Shown piece after piece: positions 9,891 through 19,851 of a DNA stretch of 64,000 bases. How positions within the stretch are numbered: the first letter of the stretch is position 1; each line of letters opens with the position of its first letter. Location: NCBI GenBank assembly GCA_025450075.1, contig JANWIC010000009.1, positions 38,368-102,367 on the forward strand, given 5' to 3'. Source of the DNA: Patescibacteria group bacterium. Its GTDB lineage: Bacteria > Patescibacteriota > Dojkabacteria > JAKAPS01. Below the pieces are notes generated by a model that did no database searches, was not told the DNA's origin, and was given only the letters and a program-made list of their open reading frames with translations. A program made the position numbers and the translations under genes.

Positions 9891-10583
9891 ATGTCAAGAT
9901 CTTTATCCATATTTTTCCCTGCCTTGAACGAAGGAAGGAATATTGAAAAAACGATAAAAAAGGCTGAAGCATTTTTAGAAAAGAAAAAATTTGATTATGA
10001 AATAATCGTTGTGAATGATAGTTTCACTACTGATGATACTTCTGCACGTGTAAAAAAACTATCGAATAAAAATCCAAGAGTAATATTTATACAAAATAGA
10101 GGACACGGCTATGGCTCAGGGTTGAAAAAGGGATTCGCTTCTTCTACAAAAGAATTAATCTTTTTTACCGATGCTGATTTACAGTTTGATATTAATGATC
10201 TGGATAAGCTTTTAAAACATATTGATACTTATGATTATGTAATAGGGTATAGGAGAAGGCGCTCTGATCCTTTTATACGAAATTTTAATGCAAAAGCGTA
10301 TGGCTTGTTAGTCAGGTTGCTTTTAGGTGTACATGTTAAAGATGTAGATTGTGCTTTCAAATTATTTCATGCATCTGATATCAAATCCATAAAGATGAAA
10401 TCTACTGGAGCCCTTATCAGTGCTGAAATTCTGTATAAGCTGCAACAGAAGAAATATACTTTTACCGAAGTCCCTGTTCGTCATTTTGAGCGAAAATATG
10501 GGAAGCCAACAGGAGCCAATATTCGTGTTATACTAAATATGTTTATTGAGCTATTTCGGCTTAAATTTAATCTTCAAAATTAG
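9891..10583 (+). CDS. glycosyltransferase family 2, polyprenyl-phosphate sugar synthase-like (GtrB/DPM1-like)
   Basis: 'LSIFFPALNEGRNIEKTI...YEIIVVNDSFTTDDTSARV...GHGYGSGLKKGF...FFTDADLQFDINDL' is the GT-A fold DxD region, typical of GtrB/Dpm1-type enzymes. Confidence 0.85.
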   Translation: MSRSLSIFFPALNEGRNIEKTIKKAEAFLEKKKFDYEIIVVNDSFTTDDTSARVKKLSNKNPRVIFIQNRGHGYGSGLKKGFASSTKELIFFTDADLQFDINDLDKLLKHIDTYDYVIGYRRRRSDPFIRNFNAKAYGLLVRLLLGVHVKDVDCAFKLFHASDIKSIKMKSTGALISAEILYKLQQKKYTFTEVPVRHFERKYGKPTGANIRVILNMFIELFRLKFNLQN

Positions 10584-10584
10584 C

Positions 10585-11022
10585 ATGTCAAAAGTTTTAA
10601 TAAAATTTGGCGCTGTCGGGTTGATAAATACAGCTTTAGACTTTTCCATAGTGCAAATCCTTGCATTTGTATTTGATATTAAAAGTGGAATATTCCTATT
10701 GTTGGCAAATACGTTTTCTGCGTCAGTTGCAATGATAAATAGTTTTTTTTTGAATAAGAAGTGGACGTTTGAAGATAAAGAAGAAAGATATATAAAACAA
10801 TTCCTTGTGTTTATTTTAGTAAATCTATTTTCAATTGTAATAAATGATACAATTGTTTTATCTTTAAGCAATTATGTACCACATTATGTGATTGTTTACC
10901 ATCACTTTCTTCAAAGTTTGCTTTTCACTAAAGTTATAGCTATTGTCTTTACAATGATCTTTAATTTCTTCGCATATAAATTATTCGTATTTAAACCTGC
11001 TGTTGAAGCAAATATTACTTAA
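10585..11022 (+). CDS. GtrA-family membrane protein (polyprenol-P-sugar flippase-like)
   Basis: ~145 aa with 4 TM. N-terminal 'LIKFGAVGLINTALDFSIVQIL' matches the GtrA family. It lies directly downstream of the GT2 gene. ATG 10585 follows the GT2 stop at 10583. Confidence 0.75.
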   Translation: MSKVLIKFGAVGLINTALDFSIVQILAFVFDIKSGIFLLLANTFSASVAMINSFFLNKKWTFEDKEERYIKQFLVFILVNLFSIVINDTIVLSLSNYVPHYVIVYHHFLQSLLFTKVIAIVFTMIFNFFAYKLFVFKPAVEANIT

Positions 11023-11028
11023 ATAATT

Positions 11029-11301
11029 ATGGAAATTTTTTTAATCATTTGTACTATTGTTTTATTAATCCTCATTGGATACCTCATATTCTATATAGTT
11101 GAGCTATTAAAAGTAGTAAAAAGAATTGCCGAACATATAGAGCAGGTAACTGATAGGGTAGCATTTTTGCAATCAGCTCTATTTCGATCGAAAAATATTA
11201 TAGAGAATATTGAGGGAATGGTAGATATGATAGAAAATATGGTACAAGTTGGAAAACATGTAAAGAAAACTTGGAAAAAGCATGAAGATGAAAAAGCTTA
11301 A
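11029..11301 (+). CDS. hypothetical small membrane/coiled-coil protein
   Basis: 90 aa with an N-terminal TM 'IFLIICTIVLLILIGYLIFYIV' followed by a charged helical region. No known motif. Confidence 0.4.
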   Translation: MEIFLIICTIVLLILIGYLIFYIVELLKVVKRIAEHIEQVTDRVAFLQSALFRSKNIIENIEGMVDMIENMVQVGKHVKKTWKKHEDEKA

Positions 11302-12832
11302 ACTTTCCAAATATCAAATCGCTTTTATTGCAGTTGTTATAATTTTCCTTTTATTAAAGATTCCTGCTATATGGGAGCCAGAGTGGTATATAGATGAAGG
11401 AATTTATTCTTCTATAGGAAATTTTATTCACCATGGAGCTTTACTATATAAAGATACATGGGATAATAAACCCCCATCAATTTATTTCTTGTTTTTCTTT
11501 TCACGAATCATTTGGGGATTTCATATTATTCCTCTTAAAATACTTATTGTAGTCCTTTCTATCTTATCTTTTATCCTTTTTTATCGATTACTTCGAAAGT
11601 GGTTTGTCGGATATACTGGCTTTTTCTATATACTTGCCTCATTATTATTTGTGAGGATAAACAATATAGAGGGAACAATTGTAAATGCAGAACTTTTTTT
11701 TACTTTTTTTACATTAGCTTCTCTCTATCTTCTTCAAAGATTTGATGAAGAAAAATCTAAAGCTAAATTTTTCTTTGCAGGTCTTAGCATGGGAATTGGG
11801 ATAAGTTTTAAAATGACTGCATCATTTGATGCTGCGGCATTAATTTTTGTCCTCGGAATTTTTGGTTATGAATCATACCTGCAAACAAAGGAAAAATCCC
11901 AACTACTAAAGTATTTGTCTTCTATTTTAATGTTTATTCTTGGTTGTTTTCTGCCATTATTTCTCTATGCAATATATTTTTATCTTAATCATGGTCTCGA
12001 TGACTTTATTCAAGGAACATTTTTATCCAATTCAGGGTATGTCTCCACGTATAATAATTCTATACTTGGTGTAAGTACAGTTTATCTAAACTCCATCTTT
12101 GCTATTATAAGTTCAATACTTATTATTTGGCTTTATTTAAAAAGGAAAGTTCCTTTCTTGCAGGACAAACAATCATTTTTTATCATGATGTGGCTTATTT
12201 TCGCATTATATGGAGTTTTTTTATCCGGCCGACCTTATACACATTATCTTATTCAACTTGAAGTTCCAGCATCAATTGTCATAGCATATATTATCTATAA
12301 ACTAAGGACAAAAGGACTTATTGCTGTCATTATTATATATGCTCTTCTCAATGCCTATTTTATTCGAAATGTAACTACAGGAACAGTTATTGAGGCTCTT
12401 AGAGATAATGCAGTTTTATATATCCATTCATATCAATATGCTTTTGGGGTAATATCTGAAAAATCATATCTTAATAATTTCTATTTAGGGGAGAATAACC
12501 TAACAGCAAATGCTCCTCGTGAAGTAGCAAATTATACAAACGCACTAAGCGCATCTGGAGCAGACAAAATATATTTATGGGGAAATCTATCATGGGTTGA
12601 TTCTTTTACTACCATGACGCCAATTTGCAAGTATATCAATAATTTCGATGTTCAGAATATTCCAAAAAAGCAAACTGAAATAATACATTGTTTAGATAAG
12701 AATTACCCGAAAGTAATTGTTGATGAAAATTCAATATATTCATTTCCTGATTTAAATACTTATGAACAATCACATTATAATCTTGCAAACACTCTTCTTA
12801 ATGGAACGGTTAGAATTTATGTTCGAAAATAG
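11282..12832 (+). CDS. GT-C fold glycosyltransferase (PMT_2/ArnT-like, polyprenol-phosphate-sugar dependent)
   Basis: 516 aa, ~11-13 TM. First extracytoplasmic loop carries 'WYIDEGIYSSIGNFIHHGALLYKDTWDNKPPSIYFLFF', matching the DE...PPL motif of the PMT_2/ArnT (GT39/GT83) families. It is clustered with the GT2 and GtrA genes. Confidence 0.7.
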   Translation: MKMKKLKLSKYQIAFIAVVIIFLLLKIPAIWEPEWYIDEGIYSSIGNFIHHGALLYKDTWDNKPPSIYFLFFFSRIIWGFHIIPLKILIVVLSILSFILFYRLLRKWFVGYTGFFYILASLLFVRINNIEGTIVNAELFFTFFTLASLYLLQRFDEEKSKAKFFFAGLSMGIGISFKMTASFDAAALIFVLGIFGYESYLQTKEKSQLLKYLSSILMFILGCFLPLFLYAIYFYLNHGLDDFIQGTFLSNSGYVSTYNNSILGVSTVYLNSIFAIISSILIIWLYLKRKVPFLQDKQSFFIMMWLIFALYGVFLSGRPYTHYLIQLEVPASIVIAYIIYKLRTKGLIAVIIIYALLNAYFIRNVTTGTVIEALRDNAVLYIHSYQYAFGVISEKSYLNNFYLGENNLTANAPREVANYTNALSASGADKIYLWGNLSWVDSFTTMTPICKYINNFDVQNIPKKQTEIIHCLDKNYPKVIVDENSIYSFPDLNTYEQSHYNLANTLLNGTVRIYVRK

Positions 12833-12887
12833 TTTGACAGGTTATATATGAGGACATACAATAGATATATATCTTAATTATCTATCA

Positions 12888-13322
12888 ATGAAAAGATTTT
12901 TCCATATTGAAACAGTCTATGCACATTGTGATATCCCATGCGGAATTTATGATGCAAGACCTTCTGAGATTGCTGCAGAGACAGTATTGAAAATGGTACA
13001 AAAGATCCAAGAAATTGCTGGAAGTGAAGAATATAAAGCGGGAGATCCTACTGCTACAAGCAATTTTATCAGATGTGTTTTAGTAAAAGAAGAACATGCC
13101 AGAAAATGCAAAGAAGAAATACTTATCTTATGGACTGACTTTTTTAAACCAGAAGATTTGGAAAAATATCCGGATCTACATAATAAAATCTGGAAAACTG
13201 CAAAAATGCTTTCTAAAGAAAAGCAGGAAGTAAATCTTGAAAATACAAAACAACTCGTTGCAGATGTCCGATCTATAGGAGAAATGGTAAAAAGTGTACA
13301 AGAAGCTCGAAGTAAAAAATAG
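12888..13322 (+). CDS. sodN: nickel-containing superoxide dismutase precursor
   Basis: Pro-peptide 'MKRFFHIETVYA' followed by the Ni-hook 'HCDIPCGIYD' (canonical mature N-terminus His-Cys-Asp-x-Pro-Cys-Gly-x-Tyr). Four-helix-bundle length ~130 aa. Confidence 0.85.
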   Translation: MKRFFHIETVYAHCDIPCGIYDARPSEIAAETVLKMVQKIQEIAGSEEYKAGDPTATSNFIRCVLVKEEHARKCKEEILILWTDFFKPEDLEKYPDLHNKIWKTAKMLSKEKQEVNLENTKQLVADVRSIGEMVKSVQEARSKK

Positions 13323-13616
13323 ATGATTATTCTAGGAATCTTTCGGGTTAGTGGAAATAGTATGAGACCAAATTTAAAGAATAATGATCTCATCCTGGTA
13401 AGTGCAATTCCCTACGTTTTCCACTCACCAAAAGAAGAGGATATCATATTGGCACTAGATCCAAGAGACAAAAGGAAAATAGTAAAACGGATAATTCATG
13501 TTTCTATTGATGCTTATATAATACAGGGTGATAATCCTGAAGAGAGTACAGACAGTCGTATATTTGGAACAATAACAAATGTATCTATTTTAGGAAAAGT
13601 TTTATGGAAGTTATAA
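13323..13616 (+). CDS. sodX: S26-family signal-peptidase-like maturation protease for Ni-SOD
   Basis: 97 aa. 'VSGNSMRPNLKNNDLILV' (catalytic Ser in the SM box) and 'KRIIHV' (Lys box). It lies immediately downstream of sodN with a 1-nt gap. Confidence 0.75.
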   Translation: MIILGIFRVSGNSMRPNLKNNDLILVSAIPYVFHSPKEEDIILALDPRDKRKIVKRIIHVSIDAYIIQGDNPEESTDSRIFGTITNVSILGKVLWKL

Positions 13617-13852
13617 GAAACATAAGTGAAGTTTTTTTGATTCTTGGATTATTGGGGGTTGCTGTAACAGCATTATCTTCAATATCAGTGACTTTTGTAA
13701 GTATGATTATTAAGAAAATTCGATCGCAAACATATATCCTTCCTTCATATCAAACAATGCAATCATTACTTGTCCTCTCCTTTATCTTCTTTGTCTGCAT
13801 TGCAATAATTGGCTGTTTAGTTCTTGTCATCCTCCATTTATTACCTGCTTAA
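13604..13852 (+). CDS. hypothetical small membrane protein
   Basis: 82 aa with two hydrophobic helices. It overlaps the sodX stop. Confidence 0.3.
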   Translation: MEVIRNISEVFLILGLLGVAVTALSSISVTFVSMIIKKIRSQTYILPSYQTMQSLLVLSFIFFVCIAIIGCLVLVILHLLPA

Positions 13853-14629
13853 GCCAAAAAGCTCTGATGTATTCATTTCCATTTGACTCTGCAGATCCAG
13901 TAAAGAAATAGCTTTCAACTGAGCTATATACGAGTATATATTTGGTATAAGGGAAGGAGAGTTTTGCTTTCCTCTGAATGGAACAGGAGTAAGAAAAGGT
14001 GAATCTGTTTCAAGAAGAATATTCGTTATTGGAATATTGCGGGCAAGCATATTGATATGCTCACTATTTTTGAATGTAATAATACCATTAAATGATACAT
14101 AAAACCCGAGAACTAGAATTTTTTCTATTATTCCTAAGTCTCCGTCAATACTATGTACAACTCCTTTTAAAGTTCGTTGCTTTTGCAAAATTGTATAGGT
14201 ATCTTCTAATGCAAATCTTGTATGGATAATAACAGGAAGAGTATATTTCATTGCTAAATCAAGCTGGGATTGGAATAGATATTCCTGCTTTTTTTGTATT
14301 TGTTTATCATTTTGGCAGTCCTTATAATCAAGTCCGCATTCACCGATTGCAACTATATTTTTATTCCTTATCAATAATTCTTCAAGTTCATTTATCTGTA
14401 CTTTAAGAGAATCCATATCTTTTTGTTTTGCTTCATCAGGATGTATTCCCACTGTTGGAAAAAGGAGAGTGGGGTATGTATGTGAAAGTCTTATAACTTC
14501 TTTTGATTCATCAATCGTTGTGCCAACATTAATGATTTTTTCAACCTTGGCATATATGATTTCTTGTACTAAAGCGGGAATATCGGTATAAAATGTACCA
14601 AAAATATGGGCATGAGTATCAATAAACAT
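13841..14629 (-). CDS. tatD: TatD-family metal-dependent hydrolase/DNase
   Basis: Starts 'MFIDTHAHI' (HxH metal site), then '...ECGLDY...HTRFA...HSIDGD...ETDSPFL', typical of TatD. Confidence 0.85.
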   Translation of the reverse strand: MFIDTHAHIFGTFYTDIPALVQEIIYAKVEKIINVGTTIDESKEVIRLSHTYPTLLFPTVGIHPDEAKQKDMDSLKVQINELEELLIRNKNIVAIGECGLDYKDCQNDKQIQKKQEYLFQSQLDLAMKYTLPVIIHTRFALEDTYTILQKQRTLKGVVHSIDGDLGIIEKILVLGFYVSFNGIITFKNSEHINMLARNIPITNILLETDSPFLTPVPFRGKQNSPSLIPNIYSYIAQLKAISLLDLQSQMEMNTSELFGLSR

Positions 14630-16266
14630 TATTTTGGAGCTAACATAAGTGCCTTTTCTTCAGGAATTACTTTTTCATCAATTTTTGCAAAAAGCAATCC
14701 GACAGATGTTAAGTTAGTTCCTACTTTCACTGGTGTATATTCCCATTTTTCCGCTTGCTGAAGATCTAATAACTTTTCAAGATTATGCGAAGTCTTTGGA
14801 AGATACGGATTTAACAACGTCCGAAGTGCAGAAATTATTTGTATTACATTAAAAAGTGTATTTGTCGATTCTTTGGGAGACACCCAAGGTTTTTGATTAT
14901 CAAAATATTTGTTGCCAAATTTTGAAAGTTCCATTATGGCTGCCAATCCTTGCTGAAATCTTGCCTGTTCAAGAAAATCTGAAGTCTTTGCAAAAGAATC
15001 TTTAATTGCTTTTTCTACATCTTTATCAAGCTTCCCTTCAGGTACTTTTCCATCATAATACCTTTCAATAAAAGTTACTGTTCTGTTTACCAGGTTACCA
15101 AAATTTGCCACCAACTCGTTATTAATTGAATCCACAAAATTTTTCCATGAAAAATCTGTATCAGATGTTTCAGGCATAATTGAACTGATATAGTATCTTA
15201 CCTGATCTGAACCGTATTTTTGAATAATATAATCAGCTTCAATATAGTTACCTGTACTTTTAGAAAATTTTTCACCTTCCAATGTAAGGTTCTCATTCGA
15301 AACTACATTATATGGTAAGTTCAATTCCAGATTATATCCCATTAACATTGCTGGCCAAATAATGGTATGGAATGGAATATTATCTTTTCCCATGAAATAA
15401 TAATGGAAGGCACTTTTGTTATCTTTCCAAAATTCTTCCCAAGAGCCTCCCGTCAACTTTGCCCATTCAATAGATGCGGATAAATAGCCGATCACAGCCT
15501 CAAACCAAACATATAATACTTTGTTTTCATAACCTTTTACTGGCACAGGAATTCCATAATTCATGTCTCGGGTAATAGGTCGTGCTTTTAATCCTTCCTT
15601 TAACCAACTTAATGGAAATGATCGTACATTTGCCCTCCAATAATCTTTTGAAGAGATATAATCATATAGTTTTTGACTAAATTGCGGAAGATCGAGGAAA
15701 TAATGCTCGGTTTCCTTTTCTACAGGAGGATTTTTACAGAATTTACATTTGGGATCCAGTAAATCTTTCGGATCTAATGTCCTTCCGCAGCTATCACATT
15801 GATCTCCTCTTGCTTTAGGATTTTTACAATACGGACATACACCTTCAACAAACCTGTCAGGCAAGAATCTGTTATCATGAGGGCAATATGCTTGCATCAT
15901 TTTTTCTTTAAATACATACCCATTTTTTAAAAGGGTAAGAAAGATCTCCTGAGAAACCTCTTTATGATTTTGGGTTGACGTTTTTGTATACAAATCGAAT
16001 GAAACATCAATAGATTTCAGTGTATCTGACATTCTTTTATGGAATCTTTCTGCGACTTCAATTGGAGCAACTCCTTCTTGTTCAGCTATAACAGCCGTTG
16101 GTGTCCCGTGCATATCGCTTCCTGAGACCATCAATACTTTATCACCATTGAGTCTATGGAAGCGTGCAAATATATCGGCCGCTATATATGCCCCAGCTAG
16201 GTGTCCTATATGCATTGGTCCGTTTACATACGGCCATGCTACTGCTACAAGTATCTTTTTTTCCAT
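14629..16266 (-). CDS. metG: methionyl-tRNA synthetase
   Basis: 'AWPYVNGPMHIGHLAG' (HIGH motif), Zn knuckle 'CPYC...CDSCG', and 'KFSKS' (KMSKS) motif. Confidence 0.95.
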   Translation of the reverse strand: MEKKILVAVAWPYVNGPMHIGHLAGAYIAADIFARFHRLNGDKVLMVSGSDMHGTPTAVIAEQEGVAPIEVAERFHKRMSDTLKSIDVSFDLYTKTSTQNHKEVSQEIFLTLLKNGYVFKEKMMQAYCPHDNRFLPDRFVEGVCPYCKNPKARGDQCDSCGRTLDPKDLLDPKCKFCKNPPVEKETEHYFLDLPQFSQKLYDYISSKDYWRANVRSFPLSWLKEGLKARPITRDMNYGIPVPVKGYENKVLYVWFEAVIGYLSASIEWAKLTGGSWEEFWKDNKSAFHYYFMGKDNIPFHTIIWPAMLMGYNLELNLPYNVVSNENLTLEGEKFSKSTGNYIEADYIIQKYGSDQVRYYISSIMPETSDTDFSWKNFVDSINNELVANFGNLVNRTVTFIERYYDGKVPEGKLDKDVEKAIKDSFAKTSDFLEQARFQQGLAAIMELSKFGNKYFDNQKPWVSPKESTNTLFNVIQIISALRTLLNPYLPKTSHNLEKLLDLQQAEKWEYTPVKVGTNLTSVGLLFAKIDEKVIPEEKALMLAPK

Positions 16267-16302
16267 ATCAATTTGCCAATAATCTGCATTATACGAGCAA
16301 AT

Positions 16303-16659
16303 TTAATCTTGTGCAACCTTCTTAGGATGGAGGAAAATTAAACAAGCAATAAGAAAAAGGAAAATCGTAATAAACAGATTTACACTAATTTGTTTGTGAA
16401 TCCTGACGTTTAAAAGTATTGTTACAATAAGACTAAAGCTGAAACTGTAAAATATCGGGAAACGCCTACGGAAAAAAATTAGGATAATATCAGAAGCGAT
16501 AAATGTAATACAAAAAAACAAGAAAGAAAAAAGATAAATCATATTATTATTTAATGAAGAACCTGAGAGTGGAGAAGAGATGAACATTATCCCCATTTCA
16601 AAAAGGATGAGGATACAAAATAGTATGGTTAATATAATCCGCTTAATGGAATGCTTCAT
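16303..16659 (-). CDS. hypothetical membrane protein
   Basis: 118 aa, 3-4 TM, no motif. It overlaps the start of the downstream RimK-like gene. Confidence 0.35.
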   Translation of the reverse strand: MKHSIKRIILTILFCILILFEMGIMFISSPLSGSSLNNNMIYLFSFLFFCITFIASDIILIFFRRRFPIFYSFSFSLIVTILLNVRIHKQISVNLFITIFLFLIACLIFLHPKKVAQD

Positions 16660-17524
16660 AATTATCTAATACGGCCTGAACAAAAAGTTCAGCAACGGGT
16701 ATATTGGTTACTGATGTAAATCCTTTAAATTGAGGAGCATTGTTTACCTCAAGCACATATGGTACATCTTCATGTACCATGACATCAACTCCAGCAAAAT
16801 CTACTTGCATTACTTGAGCAGCTTTTATGGCAATTTCTTCAAGCTGAGGAGTAAGTTTCGCTTCTTCAATTTTGCTACCTTGAGAGAAATTTGTTTTAAA
16901 TGCGCCATCTACAGCAATTTTCTTCATTGCTCCTAATGCTTTTTCATACAATACAATAATTCTGTAATCCTCCCGATTGCCGATAAAATCTTGAACGAAA
17001 AAATTAATTCTATCAGATGTTTGCTTGACTACCTGCTCTATCTCTTCAAAGTTATTTGCCAAGAATACGTTATTCCCTTTACTGCCAGGAAATCCTTTAA
17101 GGATAAGAGGATAAGTGAATTCTTTTTCAATAAATGTACGGGTTTCATCTGTTTCTGATTCAAGTCGCCCAATAAAAAAAGTACGAGGAATTTGTATCCC
17201 ATGCATACTCAATCGAACCATCTCATCCATCTTGGTATTGCGTTGTAATAGACATTGTAAATCTTGAATATATGCACCACTTTCGAGCGCAACTCGGGAA
17301 GCATAGATGGATTTTTGTGATCCTACTCTTCTGATAATAATATCAAATGTACGAATATCTCCGTGTAGAGTCATCGCATATGTCTTGTCTTTTTGCATAA
17401 AGATTTGTATTTCATCAGAAGTTATTGCATGGCAAATATGGCCATGCCGGGTGAATGAACTGACCATCTCGTCTGCTTCGATGGTATGTGGCGCACCAAT
17501 GATGAGTATATTTAATTGCTTCAT
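16643..17524 (-). CDS. RimK-family ATP-grasp ligase (alpha-L-glutamate ligase-like)
   Basis: 293 aa. ATP-grasp elements: '...LILKGFPGSKGNNVFLANN...', 'DYRIIVL', 'FAGVDVMV...VLEVNNAPQFKGF'. RimK-like size and layout. Confidence 0.75.
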   Translation of the reverse strand: MKQLNILIIGAPHTIEADEMVSSFTRHGHICHAITSDEIQIFMQKDKTYAMTLHGDIRTFDIIIRRVGSQKSIYASRVALESGAYIQDLQCLLQRNTKMDEMVRLSMHGIQIPRTFFIGRLESETDETRTFIEKEFTYPLILKGFPGSKGNNVFLANNFEEIEQVVKQTSDRINFFVQDFIGNREDYRIIVLYEKALGAMKKIAVDGAFKTNFSQGSKIEEAKLTPQLEEIAIKAAQVMQVDFAGVDVMVHEDVPYVLEVNNAPQFKGFTSVTNIPVAELFVQAVLDNYEAFH

Positions 17525-17533
17525 ATCAATATA

Positions 17534-18418
17534 CTAACATAAATTAGAATATGTGAGGACAAAATCAATCAAAGCTTTGGCTACATTCACACCTGTAGCA
17601 TCTTCAAAACCTTTAAATTGGGGGTATAGGTTTACCTCTAGTACTTTATATTGCCCGTTTTCAATAATGAGATCAACCCCACAAAAATCCATACCAAGTA
17701 CTTCAGCTGCTTTTACGGATATATTTATAATCTCATCACTTAGAGGAAAGTTCTCAACACTTCCTCCCAGTGAGTAATTATTCCTGAAATCATTTTGTGG
17801 ATGAATTCGTTTCATAGCTCCAAGAACCTTCTTTCCTATAACGATAATTCGAAGATCAAAATCAGATTGGACAAAAGGTTGAAGCAAGAGTCTTCCTCTT
17901 CCATACTCTGCAAGGAGTCTTTGGATATCTTCAAGATTATTGACTAGGTGTACGGCTAAACCCTGGCTCCCAAAAATTCTTTTTGCTACAAGAGGAAAGT
18001 GTACATCCAGCTTATCCAGTTGTTCCTGACCAAACTTTGTTCCAGGAATAGCTATTGTATTAATGATTGGGACGTGTGCGCTTGATAATGTTACATACTG
18101 ATGGAGCTTCGTATTATACCCTGCATTTTGAATGAGATATCTCTCATTTAACACATACTTTCCAAGCCTTTGTTGTTCAAGAGCAATCATAAAAAGATAT
18201 GGGGTCATCGAGCTAACTGTGACTCTTGGAATTATGATATCGTAATCTGCATAATCGAATCCCTCATAAGAATGGAGAGTAGTCTTCTGTTCAGAAATAC
18301 GTGCATATATATCTTTGAAATAGAGGTTGTCCGGAGTAATTCCCCGAAGTTGAAGTTCTTCGTTTAATCGCCTGACTTGATAACCATTTCCGGTACTTGA
18401 AAGGAGTGCAATTTTCAT
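17534..18418 (-). CDS. RimK-family ATP-grasp ligase (paralog)
   Basis: 294 aa, paralogous to the gene at 16643-17524. 'FPLVAKRIFGSQGLAVHLVNN', 'DLRIIVIGKKVLGAMKR', 'FCGVDLII...VLEVNLYPQFKGF'. Confidence 0.75.
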   Translation of the reverse strand: MKIALLSSTGNGYQVRRLNEELQLRGITPDNLYFKDIYARISEQKTTLHSYEGFDYADYDIIIPRVTVSSMTPYLFMIALEQQRLGKYVLNERYLIQNAGYNTKLHQYVTLSSAHVPIINTIAIPGTKFGQEQLDKLDVHFPLVAKRIFGSQGLAVHLVNNLEDIQRLLAEYGRGRLLLQPFVQSDFDLRIIVIGKKVLGAMKRIHPQNDFRNNYSLGGSVENFPLSDEIINISVKAAEVLGMDFCGVDLIIENGQYKVLEVNLYPQFKGFEDATGVNVAKALIDFVLTYSNLC

Positions 18419-18432
18419 ATAGTAAAGATAAA

Positions 18433-19851
18433 TTATTTTCTTGATGGATCAATAATGAAATGATGGAGATCTTTTGCTCCAATAATACCCGGGTATTTTA
18501 AGAGAGTTCGATCAACAACGGTGAATTTAGTTTTAAGATGAAATCCTTCAATTACCATCTCTGCTTCAATTATTGGCCGGATGGTAATCCCATTGCCAGC
18601 TTTAATGATTGAAATGTCAGTAATATCAGGTGATTCATGTAAGATTGTCGGCTCATTAATGGCGCAAAATTCTTTAGCTTGTGTACGGGTAAGGTCGGTT
18701 GGAATTGAGTATGTGTTGAAATAGTCTATTGCTGTTCCAAATCCTAGCTTTCTTGCAAGTTCAGTGTCAATAGATGAAAAAGTTGCTCCCGTATCAACTT
18801 TTGCTGCCACTTCCTGTATTTCAAGAGATTTTCCTTTAATCAAGACAGAAGTATGCAATCCAATGATTTTTTTCCCAATAAGAGTCTCGACTTCTTCTTC
18901 AACTTCTCCCCCAAAAAGCTCTTTCCCAAGCCTGATACCACGTTTAATGCTTTTTACTTTTAATCTTCTGACTCTTTTTAATCTTTCTACTAATCCATCA
19001 TTATTCGCTATTTGGATTGCAAGTCCGGGACGTGCATTAACTTCAAGCATTACAGGTCCTTTTTCTCGATCTATTGCAATATCTACTCCAATATATCCAA
19101 GGTCAGTTTGGGTCTGTGCCTTGATAGCCATTTCTAGAATTCTATCCCAAAATGGAATTGTAACCCCGCTGAGCCTCATTTTAGTATCAGGGTGTATTTC
19201 AATAACCTTATCATGTTGAATAGCAACCGTAGTAATTCCAGAAGCTATATCAATTCCTACTCCAACACCTCCTGCATGGAGGTTCGCTTTACCATTTGAC
19301 TCACGTGTAGGGAGTCGCAATTCTGCCATGATGGGCACCTTATTATATACAATGAGCCTGATATCAGGTACACCTTTGTATAAAAAAGGTTTCAATTCCG
19401 GAATATTTTTTAACCTCTCTTCAAAGAATGCCCTATCAGGTGTATTGTTTAAAGAAAAATTCCCTTCCAAAATATTTCTAATATGAGCACTCAAATCTTC
19501 TTTCGAGTAAGTTTTCCCGTCAGCTTGAATCCATTCCCGTTTTTGATCTGGAGATTTTCGTTTTTTTTCTCCATATACCACAATAATGCCTTCTCCTCCA
19601 AATCCCTTATTTGGCTTTAATACAAAACTTGATGGCAATTTATTCCAATCAAATTGTTCTAACGCCTCTTTCGTTCGTATAACAGCATATGTTTTCGGTG
19701 TAGATATGTCGGTAGTTTGAAGAATTCGTTTAAATCGAAGTTTGCTGTCAGCAATCGCACGTGATTCCTTTGAGTTTTCGGGAAGGGTATAAAGCAGGTT
19801 TCGAGCATTTAACCCTAATATTGATTGTGTTGCTCTTAAATATTTAAACAT
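18433..19851 (-). CDS. alpha-L-glutamate-ligase-related ATP-grasp protein fused to a retropepsin-like (putative 'ATP-dependent zinc protease', DUF785-like) domain
   Basis: N-terminal ~320 aa is ATP-grasp-like ('FVLKPNKGFGGEGIIVV', 'IRLIVYN', 'IGVDIAIDREKGPVMLEVNARPGL'). C-terminal ~150 aa has 'LEIQEVAAKVDTGATFSSID', the D-T-G-A aspartic-protease-like signature of retropepsin-like domains known to accompany RimK-type ligases. Confidence 0.65.
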   Translation of the reverse strand: MFKYLRATQSILGLNARNLLYTLPENSKESRAIADSKLRFKRILQTTDISTPKTYAVIRTKEALEQFDWNKLPSSFVLKPNKGFGGEGIIVVYGEKKRKSPDQKREWIQADGKTYSKEDLSAHIRNILEGNFSLNNTPDRAFFEERLKNIPELKPFLYKGVPDIRLIVYNKVPIMAELRLPTRESNGKANLHAGGVGVGIDIASGITTVAIQHDKVIEIHPDTKMRLSGVTIPFWDRILEMAIKAQTQTDLGYIGVDIAIDREKGPVMLEVNARPGLAIQIANNDGLVERLKRVRRLKVKSIKRGIRLGKELFGGEVEEEVETLIGKKIIGLHTSVLIKGKSLEIQEVAAKVDTGATFSSIDTELARKLGFGTAIDYFNTYSIPTDLTRTQAKEFCAINEPTILHESPDITDISIIKAGNGITIRPIIEAEMVIEGFHLKTKFTVVDRTLLKYPGIIGAKDLHHFIIDPSRK

